This document shows positions 8,155 through 16,510 of a stretch of DNA of 25,685 nucleotides, piece by piece. The notes beneath the pieces were generated by a model. It had not been told where the DNA came from. It worked only from the letters and a program-made list of their open reading frames with translations, and made no database searches. Location of the stretch: the IMG/VR virus record IMGVR_UViG_3300042556_001057, positions 1-25,685 of that record. The stretch is one strand, 5' to 3'. The stretch's first letter is position 1; the number at the start of each line of letters is the position of its first letter. A program made the translations under genes and the position numbers. Source of the DNA: a virus. Taxonomy: Duplodnaviria; Caudoviricetes.

Positions 8155-9109
8155 TAGTGTACCATTGATATGCTGAATCAACAATTTGATTCAAGGTTGA
8201 ATAATTTGGTTGCCAGCCAAGAACTCGCCTTGCCAGTGAGGCATCTGCAATTAATTGACCTGGATCACCGGGTCTACGAGGGCCAACTTGAATTTGTAAC
8301 GGGCCATAATTAGCGACGATATAATCAATTATTTCTTGATTGCTTATTCCGCTGTTTGTGCCCAAATTAAATACCGCCCATCTATTAACTGTATTCCATT
8401 TAATTGCACGACAGTGGGCATCTGCTAGATCCCAAACATGGATGTAATCTCTTATACAAGTCCGATCTGGAGTATCAAAATCTACTCCATTGAGCGTAAA
8501 AATTTCATCTTGAATTTTTGATTCTAACAGTCTAGCAATAATATGCCCTGCACCTGGTGCTTGTCCTAGATCTGAATTCTCCGGTTCGGCGCCTGCTGCA
8601 TTGAAGTATCTAAAGCATACACTAGGCAATCCATATGCTTGATTATAGTTCTGCAAAATTTGCTCAACTATGTCTTTGGTGTTTCCATACGGACTAATTG
8701 GTCTTACCCGGTCTGTTTCAACCAGTGGAACATGATCAGGATTACCGTACACACTAGCACTAGAACTGAAAAGAACAAGCGGTTTCTTTTTATAATCCTT
8801 AACATGATTTAAAAATTTAATAGTCTTTGCCACATTGTTGTCATAATATTTTGCAGGATCTTCTACACTTTCTCTGACACTAAGATCTCCGGCACAATGT
8901 ACAATAACATCAGGTTGCAATTCATCTAACCATAACAAACTCTGTTTAGAAACAAAATCAGTATGCAAAAAACCATCTACATTTTTAAGTGTATGATCTC
9001 TTCGTTCTCTGTCAATTATATAAATTTCGCTATCATCTAAATTTTGTTTTAAGTAGCGAGAGATGTGACTACCAATGTAGCCACATCCTCCGGTAATTAC
9101 TATTTTCAT
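8144..9109 (-). CDS. galE: UDP-glucose 4-epimerase (extended SDR)
   Basis: TGGCGYIGSH, ESVEDPAKYYDNN, FSSSASVYG, YGNTK (YxxxK), FRYFNAAGA, RDYIHVWDLA and RRPGDP motifs. Confidence 0.9.
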   Translation of the reverse strand: MKIVITGGCGYIGSHISRYLKQNLDDSEIYIIDRERRDHTLKNVDGFLHTDFVSKQSLLWLDELQPDVIVHCAGDLSVRESVEDPAKYYDNNVAKTIKFLNHVKDYKKKPLVLFSSSASVYGNPDHVPLVETDRVRPISPYGNTKDIVEQILQNYNQAYGLPSVCFRYFNAAGAEPENSDLGQAPGAGHIIARLLESKIQDEIFTLNGVDFDTPDRTCIRDYIHVWDLADAHCRAIKWNTVNRWAVFNLGTNSGISNQEIIDYIVANYGPLQIQVGPRRPGDPGQLIADASLARRVLGWQPNYSTLNQIVDSAYQWYTSGI

Positions 9110-10302
9110 TGGTACTTGCTTTCGTGAGTATGTTTTCTATAATCAGTACTCATACGCAACCATTGTTCCCCGTTGCCTTGGAGAATATCGCAGATGCGAT
9201 CAACTGTTGCGTCGTTCCACGCACTAAATTTACCCATGTTGTTGTGCGGATGTTGTAAGAGGGGTACAAGTTTTTGTATTGCATCTCTAAGCGACCACGG
9301 GACATAAAGTCTTTCGCTATCATTTGCAAAAGCTTCTGGGAAACTTCTGTATGCGGGGTATAGTATATTAGCCCCAAGAGTGTCCGCTTCGCTAGCAGTA
9401 TTTGAAACCCAATCCTGAAGAGCACAATTAAATAACACTCGCGTATCGTTGAGTAAAGCATAGTAATCATTCTTTTCAAGATCTTCGTATACGGTTAGCT
9501 TACCTTCTGCTTGTAGTCTGCGTGTACGCTCCATATAAGAACTATTGTTTGAACGCAATTCGCTGCCGCTAAACACACAGAACTCGACCTGAGGCCAATC
9601 ATTATAAGGTAATGCTTGTAGTCTATGATACTCCTCAATCAAGTCCATATAGAAGTCAGGCTGCTTTTCTTGATCCCATCTAGCAGCAAAACCTACACGG
9701 AAAGCTCTATCCTCAAATTTCTTAAGCTCATCTGGCACACGACTGCGTACTTCCTCTTTACCAAACGCAAGACCACTAATGTTGTACACTGGTGCCCGCC
9801 AACCTGCCACCTTCATGTGCATGACCATTTCTTCGTTGGTAGCAAGAACAATGTCTGCAAAACTATCTACCATCTTTTCATAATGCCCCATCCATTCTTG
9901 CATGCCCCAGACATGAACAAAGTCATCGGGGTCAATAGTTTGTGCAAGACAACGAACGGCAATGCGAGGACGCATATTGCTAGGCACTTGATCAAGAATG
10001 TAAGGTAGGCTCTCGATGCCAGGTTGAAACATGTCTTCAAAGTAGATAACATCTTCACTAGTAACCTCTCCTGCTTTCATTTTACGAACTAGATTCATAA
10101 GTTGGCTCATGCCAAAGTATGTACGACCGTGTGCGTCTAGCACTTGTCCAGTAACAATAGCTTGATCGTTGCTTAGTGTTTCACCTTCAACAATTTCATA
10201 GTCAATGCCGCGGCGTTCAAATACAGCTCTATTCCACTCTTGCAGTTGTAGTGTGTATCTTGCTTTGTAAGGCTCCAGGCCCATATACCATAATTTACGC
10301 AT
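9106..10302 (-). CDS. GT-B fold glycosyltransferase (GT4-like)
   Basis: GFAARWDQEKQPDF and ALQDWVSNTASEA resemble the GT4 GRL..EK and E.FG...EA motifs; YPAYRSFPE; 398 aa. Confidence 0.75.
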   Translation of the reverse strand: MRKLWYMGLEPYKARYTLQLQEWNRAVFERRGIDYEIVEGETLSNDQAIVTGQVLDAHGRTYFGMSQLMNLVRKMKAGEVTSEDVIYFEDMFQPGIESLPYILDQVPSNMRPRIAVRCLAQTIDPDDFVHVWGMQEWMGHYEKMVDSFADIVLATNEEMVMHMKVAGWRAPVYNISGLAFGKEEVRSRVPDELKKFEDRAFRVGFAARWDQEKQPDFYMDLIEEYHRLQALPYNDWPQVEFCVFSGSELRSNNSSYMERTRRLQAEGKLTVYEDLEKNDYYALLNDTRVLFNCALQDWVSNTASEADTLGANILYPAYRSFPEAFANDSERLYVPWSLRDAIQKLVPLLQHPHNNMGKFSAWNDATVDRICDILQGNGEQWLRMSTDYRKHTHESKYQ

Positions 10303-10778
10303 TATTTTCCTCCAGGTAATACACCACTGTTGATTTTGATATTTAGATCGCGAAGATCAGTGGCAGAAATATTTCTAGCTACTGCATTATTTGCATGATA
10401 TTCTTTTTCCCAATATTCCTTGGCCGTTTGAGCCTGGGCATGAACATCTTGTGATCGGAAACCACCGCTTTCGCCTAGGCTTTGTCGGCTGCGAAGCAAT
10501 TCTAATGTATTTTTCATTGAATGTAATTCTTCGTTTAATCGCTTAGTTGATATGGCTAGATTGTTTAAATCCTGTTGCATTCTACGCAACGGACCTTTGT
10601 GTCTATGATCATAGCTTTCGTCTTCGTGCTCGTTACTGGTTAAAATCACCATCATCATTAGTTGACGAAGTGCATTCTTGACACGCACGTCATCAGTTGT
10701 GAGTGCATGGTCAAACATTTCGATAAAGCGTTCTAGTTCGTAATCCGAACTATCTTTTTCTCGCACCGCATCGCTCAC
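10302..10778 (-). CDS. Hypothetical protein with a helical/coiled-coil central region
   Basis: GTG at 10778 overlaps the upstream TGA (GTGA); its TAA overlaps the GT start (TAATG); ORF track start 10805 is probably too long. Confidence 0.6.
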   Translation of the reverse strand: MSDAVREKDSSDYELERFIEMFDHALTTDDVRVKNALRQLMMMVILTSNEHEDESYDHRHKGPLRRMQQDLNNLAISTKRLNEELHSMKNTLELLRSRQSLGESGGFRSQDVHAQAQTAKEYWEKEYHANNAVARNISATDLRDLNIKINSGVLPGGK

Positions 10779-10996
10779 TGTGTACGCTCTTTCTTGACAT
10801 ACCACATGTTACGAGGCTCACGACCTCGTAGACTGCGTTGAAAATCACCCCAGGGTGTTTTTTCGTTGTACAAATGTCGTTCATCAAATGGATGCCCGTA
10901 CTTTACACAGAATTCGCGATAACGATCTAGATCGTCAAAGATGGTTGATACTTCTGGTTTCATTACCAGATATTTTTTGAGCCATTTCGCAGCCAT
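10775..10996 (-). CDS. Small hypothetical phage protein (73 aa)
   Basis: Strong SD AAGGAG upstream; coupled to the downstream gene. Confidence 0.75.
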   Translation of the reverse strand: MAAKWLKKYLVMKPEVSTIFDDLDRYREFCVKYGHPFDERHLYNEKTPWGDFQRSLRGREPRNMWYVKKERTQ

Positions 10997-11006
10997 TTTA
11001 TTCTCC

Positions 11007-11456
11007 TTAGATTTTTATTGATAGAGAGGGTTGTTGAGTATTGTAAGTAATAGTACAACCATTTTCATTGTCTTCACTTACACTAATTACGACATTGCGT
11101 CCGGGATATCTATTGGCAATTTGGATATATAAATCATCTGCAATCATTTCGCATGATTTGTAGTCCAATCGCAGACAATCTTGTTTCCTTGAATACAGTG
11201 ATTCCAACCACCGTTTGAATTGGATGAACTCGATATCACGGTCATTGTGATAGACGTCGATCGACACCCTAAAATGAAAAATGTGACGGTGAGGATTAGC
11301 GAGAAACGAGACATTGTATTCATCATTAGTATTTAACTGTGGGTCGGTTGCTGCTGCGGGATAGCAATGAATACCTTCTTTTTGAAAGGTTACCCAAATC
11401 TGTCTCTGGGCGTGATGCATAATTCTATCCGCTGTTTCGCGTTCTTCTAAATTCAT
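11007..11456 (-). CDS. QueD-like T-fold protein, DpdL-like (putative CDG decarboxylase)
   Basis: FQKEGIHCYP ~ FxAAHRL; LANPHRHIF (LxxxHRHxF in place of CxxxHGH); IEFIQFK ~ IDFxxLK; SCEMIA ~ TAENLA; VSED ~ VxET; ATGA overlap with the upstream gene (alternative start 11465). Confidence 0.7.
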   Translation of the reverse strand: MNLEERETADRIMHHAQRQIWVTFQKEGIHCYPAAATDPQLNTNDEYNVSFLANPHRHIFHFRVSIDVYHNDRDIEFIQFKRWLESLYSRKQDCLRLDYKSCEMIADDLYIQIANRYPGRNVVISVSEDNENGCTITYNTQQPSLSIKI

Positions 11457-11983
11457 TTTATCCACTCATCCTTTGTATATTGGGACCAATCGGTAAAGGT
11501 TCGACGATCAGTTAGATCATGTAAACTATGGCACCACACTCCGGGATTGGTTGCTGCAAAATCTCGATCGTCTAATTTAATTGTAGCATTATATCCCAAT
11601 TGTTGTAAATAGGGCAATTTAACCGATACCATTGGTATAAATTTGTGATGTTCGGTTAAGCCGGTTTCTAACAAACCTTCTACTTCGCCGACATCTATAT
11701 CTAAAGTACACCAATATCCTTGCATGATAAAAGGAAATATCATATTGGTCCAGCGATTCCAATCGGAACTATCGGCGCGGCCGTTTGGAAAACTTTGATT
11801 GGCACCAAAGTAGATATGGTCGATGTTAGTTCCAAATTTTGTAAATGGATCTTCTAGAATTTTTTCTATTTCTTCTGCGGGTTGAACACCCACAATAAAA
11901 AGAGTTTTTAATCCATAAGCCGGACTATGTTCTACTTCTTTCCCCAAAAACATTGAAATGTTGTTGTGCCCTGGTCTCTTCAT
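11453..11983 (-). CDS. Hypothetical protein coupled to the DpdL-like gene
   Basis: 176-aa ORF with enzyme-like motifs (EVEHSPAYG, HIYFGANQS, KLDDRDF, NPGVWCH); no family recognised. Confidence 0.75.
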   Translation of the reverse strand: MKRPGHNNISMFLGKEVEHSPAYGLKTLFIVGVQPAEEIEKILEDPFTKFGTNIDHIYFGANQSFPNGRADSSDWNRWTNMIFPFIMQGYWCTLDIDVGEVEGLLETGLTEHHKFIPMVSVKLPYLQQLGYNATIKLDDRDFAATNPGVWCHSLHDLTDRRTFTDWSQYTKDEWIK

Positions 11984-11985
11984 TA

Positions 11986-12639
11986 TTAAGATTTGTTGAA
12001 AAAATTTATTGAGTTGATAAAATCGTAATCTGGTTGTAGATATTCATAAAGCTTTTGCTGTTTACTAAAATTTTTTCCATCTAAAAAATATTTAGAAATT
12101 TCATTGTATATGATGTCACTTGTATCTGTCAAATGAATTTTGTTATTTGTAAAATTGCCTTTATAACCTTCTAATTCCAAAAATAAATTTAAATTATCAC
12201 CAAGTTTGTCTGTCATTTTTATAAAGGTTATGTTTTGAATTCCTACCTCATGAACATAGTATTTTATAAAATTATATTGTAACTCGGTGTGATCCTGTAA
12301 TAAAAAAATTTTATGATTAAATAGAAAATCAAAAAACTTATTAAGAAGTGAGTTGTCAACTAAAGTTTGGAAAAACTTTTTCCCGCCTTCGTCCCGATTT
12401 ATATATCTACAAATATCTTCATTTAATGCAGACAGATATCGCTCCATTGGATCTCGCAAAATAATGCATCTTGCAATATTCTGCTTATATGGTATAGTTG
12501 TCAAATTCCATTCTTGTTTATAAGCTTCTTTCTCAATATAAGTTGATGCATTTTTCATTATGGTTATAATTTGCAACTTGCCATCAGGATGGGTAAAGCC
12601 TAATGTGCCGTCTTTTAATTTAGGCAATGTTTGCAACAT
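11986..12639 (-). CDS. Sulfotransferase-like protein (Sulfotransfer_2-type)
   Basis: 5'-PSB-like IMKNASTYI, 3'-PB-like ILRDPMERYLSA, DHTELQ and C-terminal YLQPDY; AT-rich. Confidence 0.6.
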   Translation of the reverse strand: MLQTLPKLKDGTLGFTHPDGKLQIITIMKNASTYIEKEAYKQEWNLTTIPYKQNIARCIILRDPMERYLSALNEDICRYINRDEGGKKFFQTLVDNSLLNKFFDFLFNHKIFLLQDHTELQYNFIKYYVHEVGIQNITFIKMTDKLGDNLNLFLELEGYKGNFTNNKIHLTDTSDIIYNEISKYFLDGKNFSKQQKLYEYLQPDYDFINSINFFNKS

Positions 12640-12671
12640 GTTCTAACTTTTTTTTAACTTGTCATTGGTAA

Positions 12672-12878
12672 TTAATCTAGGTTAACCCGTTCGTGATCTT
12701 CGTCCCATTGTAATTTTGTAAGTCTACTAATTTCGTCTTTAATTTGCAATTTTTTCTTTTTTAGTTCTGCCAAATGTTCTACATCAACACCGGGATGATT
12801 AGTTTGCATTTCGTTGATTTGTTTGTCAAGTAGTTTATGCATTTCTTCCAAATGATTTATTTTACTTTTATAACTCAT
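12672..12878 (-). CDS. DUF465/YdcH-like coiled-coil protein (68 aa)
   Basis: HKLLDKQI...LKKKKLQIKDEI pattern; ATG at 12878 with SD GGAGG at 12888-12892 (ORF track start 12977 is too long). Confidence 0.7.
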   Translation of the reverse strand: MSYKSKINHLEEMHKLLDKQINEMQTNHPGVDVEHLAELKKKKLQIKDEISRLTKLQWDEDHERVNLD

Positions 12879-12879
12879 G

Positions 12880-13929
12880 TTAATTTTCCTCCAATTTAGA
12901 TTTTTGACGTTTAGAAGTTGATTTAGAATTTTTAGGAATCGTGATATTATTTTCATTTGTATCAAAAATACTTGCAATGACTTTTTTATCTACTTTAGCT
13001 TTTTCCTTTTTGATTTTTTTCATTCCTGGGTGTACTTTTTTAGATTTAAATTCTGTAGTATCAAAAATTGCACGAGATACGAAAAATCTATCCATAACAC
13101 CAGAAACTTTCTCGTATTTTTTACCAAGATCGTTACCGTTGAAATCGCACATAACATAATCACCTAGACTCATCATCAAGTCAATAATATCGTCACACTT
13201 GTAACCAAAACGTTTGCAGTGTGTATCTCGTAATTCTACTTGAACAACTGGTTGATATTTTAAAATAGTTTGTGTTGCTCCTTGTAGTACAAATAGTTCA
13301 GTGCCTTCAACATCAATTTTAATCAAGTCAACATCTTCAAAATTAAAACTATCTAGTGTACGCTGTTCTGCAGTCTGTGTAGGATTTTTAGTAGTTTTAT
13401 TTTGTCTTAAAACTGCATCGCCTCGACTACATTCATTTGTCTTTTGTTCCATTACAATTGTGCCAGATTCGCGACCTAATGCGTATTCAAAAAATTCAAT
13501 ATTTCCTACTAGTTTAAGACTAGCAAATGTACCATCTTTTTGTTTGAACCAACCGTCATCATGATCAGGCTGATGCCTTACCTGTTTTAGTTTGTTATCC
13601 CAATAACGTCCTTTTAGCTTGGCATTCTTTGCTATGTTGACGTTCATTTTACACAATTCCATACTGCTTTGCATTGGCTCAAAACTTTTTATATTTTGAC
13701 ACCAAGTTGCATATTCTATAGTGTTCATACCAATGTTGCTGCCTACATCAATTACGGTTCTTGCATTTGGCAACAGTCTGCGATTCATAACAAGATTACG
13801 TGCTTGATAAGGACCGTTCTCGCGGGCCATCCTTTGTTCGTAAAGTTTATCGTTGTTCCAAATCCAATATTCTCTACCTATGCGGTTAATTACTAATTTT
13901 CTATCGTTAATGTTAAAAAGTTTTGTCAT
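12880..13929 (-). CDS. FkbM-family SAM-dependent methyltransferase
   Basis: VIDVGSNIG, SFEP, YALG, RTLDSF and DLIKIDVEGTELFVLQGA motifs; Lys-rich tail. Confidence 0.85.
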   Translation of the reverse strand: MTKLFNINDRKLVINRIGREYWIWNNDKLYEQRMARENGPYQARNLVMNRRLLPNARTVIDVGSNIGMNTIEYATWCQNIKSFEPMQSSMELCKMNVNIAKNAKLKGRYWDNKLKQVRHQPDHDDGWFKQKDGTFASLKLVGNIEFFEYALGRESGTIVMEQKTNECSRGDAVLRQNKTTKNPTQTAEQRTLDSFNFEDVDLIKIDVEGTELFVLQGATQTILKYQPVVQVELRDTHCKRFGYKCDDIIDLMMSLGDYVMCDFNGNDLGKKYEKVSGVMDRFFVSRAIFDTTEFKSKKVHPGMKKIKKEKAKVDKKVIASIFDTNENNITIPKNSKSTSKRQKSKLEEN

Positions 13930-13998
13930 GGTGTCTTAAAAGTTTTTATACAGTATTTAAACTATATAATATATTTAGAAAAAACAAAATTAATAAAT

Positions 13999-14913
13999 TT
14001 ATTTTTTCTTCCAGCGATCTTTAAATGCATCTGGGCACCATCTCTTTGCAATTTCCATAGGATCATTTTTTCCTAAAATGTCCAATGACTCGGATGTTAA
14101 AGAGATAAGTCTACGTTCAGTTGACCCAGGTGTTATATCATAAAATTTGTGTCTTACTTCTTCTTTAACGTTGTCAAAATCAGAATCTGGGAGATCTTCA
14201 AATAGTGTTATAAATTTTTTATAATAAGAATTACGATTCCATCTGTTATACGTTATTTCCTGAACGGTAGCATTGGTAACATCAATCAGTTTGCCATCCA
14301 CATACTGCAAAACTCCGTCGTTGTATCTTTCAAATGGACGTAGATTTTCGTTTCTAGTAGGACCGCCGTGTGTTCTTTCTGAGATATGAACTGTTGTAGC
14401 AAGAGCATGATTCATAACATATCTGGACATCTCTTTTGGACTTACCCTTCTACTTCGCTCAATGACATCTTTAATTAAATCAGTTTGAATTTGATCAATG
14501 GTAACTGTGTGTTCGCAGTGCCATTCGCTACTAAAGATATCGCCGGTTAGACCAGATAGCCCTAACTCAAGCATTCTTCCTTGAGCCTTACCACTGATAA
14601 GATCTGTTCCACTGTTGCCGGTACTGTGTTGCAATCCCATAACATTTGAATGTAGAGTCCTTACACCACCATTACTCCAGTGTACACTATCTCCTGTAAT
14701 ACTGGCTTGCTTATAGTCAGAACTGGCTGCAAATCCGCCATTAAAAAATCGTTGGTAATAACAATACGGTTTTAGATCATCAATTGTACGAGCACCAACA
14801 TGATTGGCAAATTTTCTTAAATCTCCAGCAAGAAATGCTAACTTTACACCGGCTTCTATTGCCTTTTTAACTGCTTTGTCTGGATCTTGGGCAAGTAATT
14901 TTTGGATGTTCAT
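13999..14913 (-). CDS. Hypothetical protein (304 aa) with a possible His-Me/HNH-like WHCEH motif
   Basis: Clean ORF with SD AGGAG (14920-14924) and its own promoter; nuclease assignment is weak. Confidence 0.6.
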   Translation of the reverse strand: MNIQKLLAQDPDKAVKKAIEAGVKLAFLAGDLRKFANHVGARTIDDLKPYCYYQRFFNGGFAASSDYKQASITGDSVHWSNGGVRTLHSNVMGLQHSTGNSGTDLISGKAQGRMLELGLSGLTGDIFSSEWHCEHTVTIDQIQTDLIKDVIERSRRVSPKEMSRYVMNHALATTVHISERTHGGPTRNENLRPFERYNDGVLQYVDGKLIDVTNATVQEITYNRWNRNSYYKKFITLFEDLPDSDFDNVKEEVRHKFYDITPGSTERRLISLTSESLDILGKNDPMEIAKRWCPDAFKDRWKKK

Positions 14914-14942
14914 TAACGACTCCTATATTGTGCTGTAACTAC

Positions 14943-14971
14943 ATAATAACATAGGAGAAAATTTAGGTCAA
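14943..14971 (-). promoter_or_regulatory. Sigma70-type promoter overlapping the dpdA stop
   Basis: TTGACC (14971-14966), 17-bp spacer ending in TGT, TATTAT (14948-14943). Confidence 0.6.
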
Positions 14972-16510
14972 CTCAAAATTTAGATTGTGCAGTTTAGATT
15001 CGTCCAAATCCTCTGATTCAGTTTGGGATAATACAGTATGTTCTACTTCAAATAATGCGTTGAACTGGGTGTTGGAATTCATGGTCTTCTTGCCTTTGAA
15101 TCCACGAGTGCCCGGAATATTCATCCAATATTTGTTGTAATGCTCAATTATGGCTTCGGATTCTGCACGATCTGATGTTGCAAAAATTGCATCCACAATA
15201 TCTCTAAATTTAGCATGATCCCCTTTGGAGTTCCACAGCATGTTAGGCCATGTACCAGAATCATACGCACGATTGGCTCGTTGCACAGCCTCTATATGCG
15301 TCCAAACATTATGACCCATTAGTAATGCATAGCTAAAACTGTCCCAACTAGTTTTACCTTCTTTACCGTTTTTATTTAAGTCGCCAGGTTTGTATATGCA
15401 AACATCTTTCATGCTCATATTGAGACTGATCGGACTTTCATCAAATACATCAATCAGGCCATCTGCTAGTACAGCCTGTCCAAAAGGTCGTGTGTCTGTG
15501 GCATATTTTTTATCATCCACAATAGGGCTCATACGATAACACCACTTGCCATCGTGTGGGAGATCAATATGATGGTAGACCTGGCCATTGGCCGTGGCAA
15601 GGAACGGACTTGCGCAATCAAAACTGATTGTAAAGTTAGGATTCACATACTTACGAACAGCACGTTGAATATCGGTAAGCAATAGTGCCCACTCCAGTTT
15701 ACTAGTACCCAAGAAGTGCATCCAATCATGTACACCTTCCTGTAACAGATTATCATGACGTAATGCAACCAAACGACGTAGTACTAGATGTACATCACAC
15801 ATGTTTTGACCACCCATGGCCCAACCGTTAAAGTGACTATCTGGATACTGTGCAGGATCACAATATCCTTTCATCATCTCATACCAATCGTCGGCATGAG
15901 TATGGTTGCCACCTTGTAACACATTAAGAAACTTAGTGCCACCGTTGACAACACCTTTACGATGTTTAATAAAGTATTCGTTGTTATACTTGGTGGCATC
16001 TGCTGCTTCTTCAAGAGTGCGTATGCCAGACTTCCATCCGTTCTTTTCGTTGATTACAAAACTAGGAATGTCTAATACCATGGCATAGTCTGCGATACCA
16101 TCTAACCAAGCTAGTGCCTGTTCACGCTTCTTTTGTGCTCGTGGACATCCAGAGCCTGCTCGCCAATCGCCGTCCCATACACCTTTTGCGATCTGAAATC
16201 CACCAGAGTCACCTAACAGTACAGTACCTGGTTCACGCTTACGAATCATGTCTTCGCTGGCATCTTCTTTGTTGAGATCTAGATTGGCATGTCCGCCGGA
16301 GTAGAGGCTCCACTTGTAGGGGAAGAGTCCTTGTTGGCTGTTAAGCCAATTGAATTGCTCCATGTCTTGTAGTGCCTTAGGCATACGAGCAGGATCAACA
16401 TAGTCGTTGTTAACACGTTGTTTTCCTATAAAAGTTGCATAGAAGCCAGATATAGCAGGAAGAAACACTGCATAGTCTGATTGTTTAGCTGTTAAATTAT
16501 CTTGTGTCAT
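14963..16510 (-). CDS. dpdA: TGT-fold guanine transglycosylase, DpdA-type (7-deazaguanine DNA insertase)
   Basis: LLGDSGGFQ, MVLDIP, VLQGG, GWAMGG, MHFLG and FDCASP (nucleophile Asp) match TGT catalytic motifs; no CxCxxC zinc motif as in tRNA TGTs; clustered with folE/queD/queE in a phage. Confidence 0.8.
   Translation of the reverse strand: MTQDNLTAKQSDYAVFLPAISGFYATFIGKQRVNNDYVDPARMPKALQDMEQFNWLNSQQGLFPYKWSLYSGGHANLDLNKEDASEDMIRKREPGTVLLGDSGGFQIAKGVWDGDWRAGSGCPRAQKKREQALAWLDGIADYAMVLDIPSFVINEKNGWKSGIRTLEEAADATKYNNEYFIKHRKGVVNGGTKFLNVLQGGNHTHADDWYEMMKGYCDPAQYPDSHFNGWAMGGQNMCDVHLVLRRLVALRHDNLLQEGVHDWMHFLGTSKLEWALLLTDIQRAVRKYVNPNFTISFDCASPFLATANGQVYHHIDLPHDGKWCYRMSPIVDDKKYATDTRPFGQAVLADGLIDVFDESPISLNMSMKDVCIYKPGDLNKNGKEGKTSWDSFSYALLMGHNVWTHIEAVQRANRAYDSGTWPNMLWNSKGDHAKFRDIVDAIFATSDRAESEAIIEHYNKYWMNIPGTRGFKGKKTMNSNTQFNALFEVEHTVLSQTESEDLDESKLHNLNFELT

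Noticed and set aside
13954-13977. Two TAAATA motifs upstream of the FkbM gene as late promoters
   Set aside because: The region is extremely AT-rich, so chance occurrence is likely; not called without transcript data
14963-16510. Canonical tRNA-guanine transglycosylase (queuosine tRNA pathway)
   Set aside because: Lacks the CxCxxC zinc motif, is longer and divergent, and no queA/queF/queG is seen; phage context favours DpdA, though a tRNA target is not formally excluded
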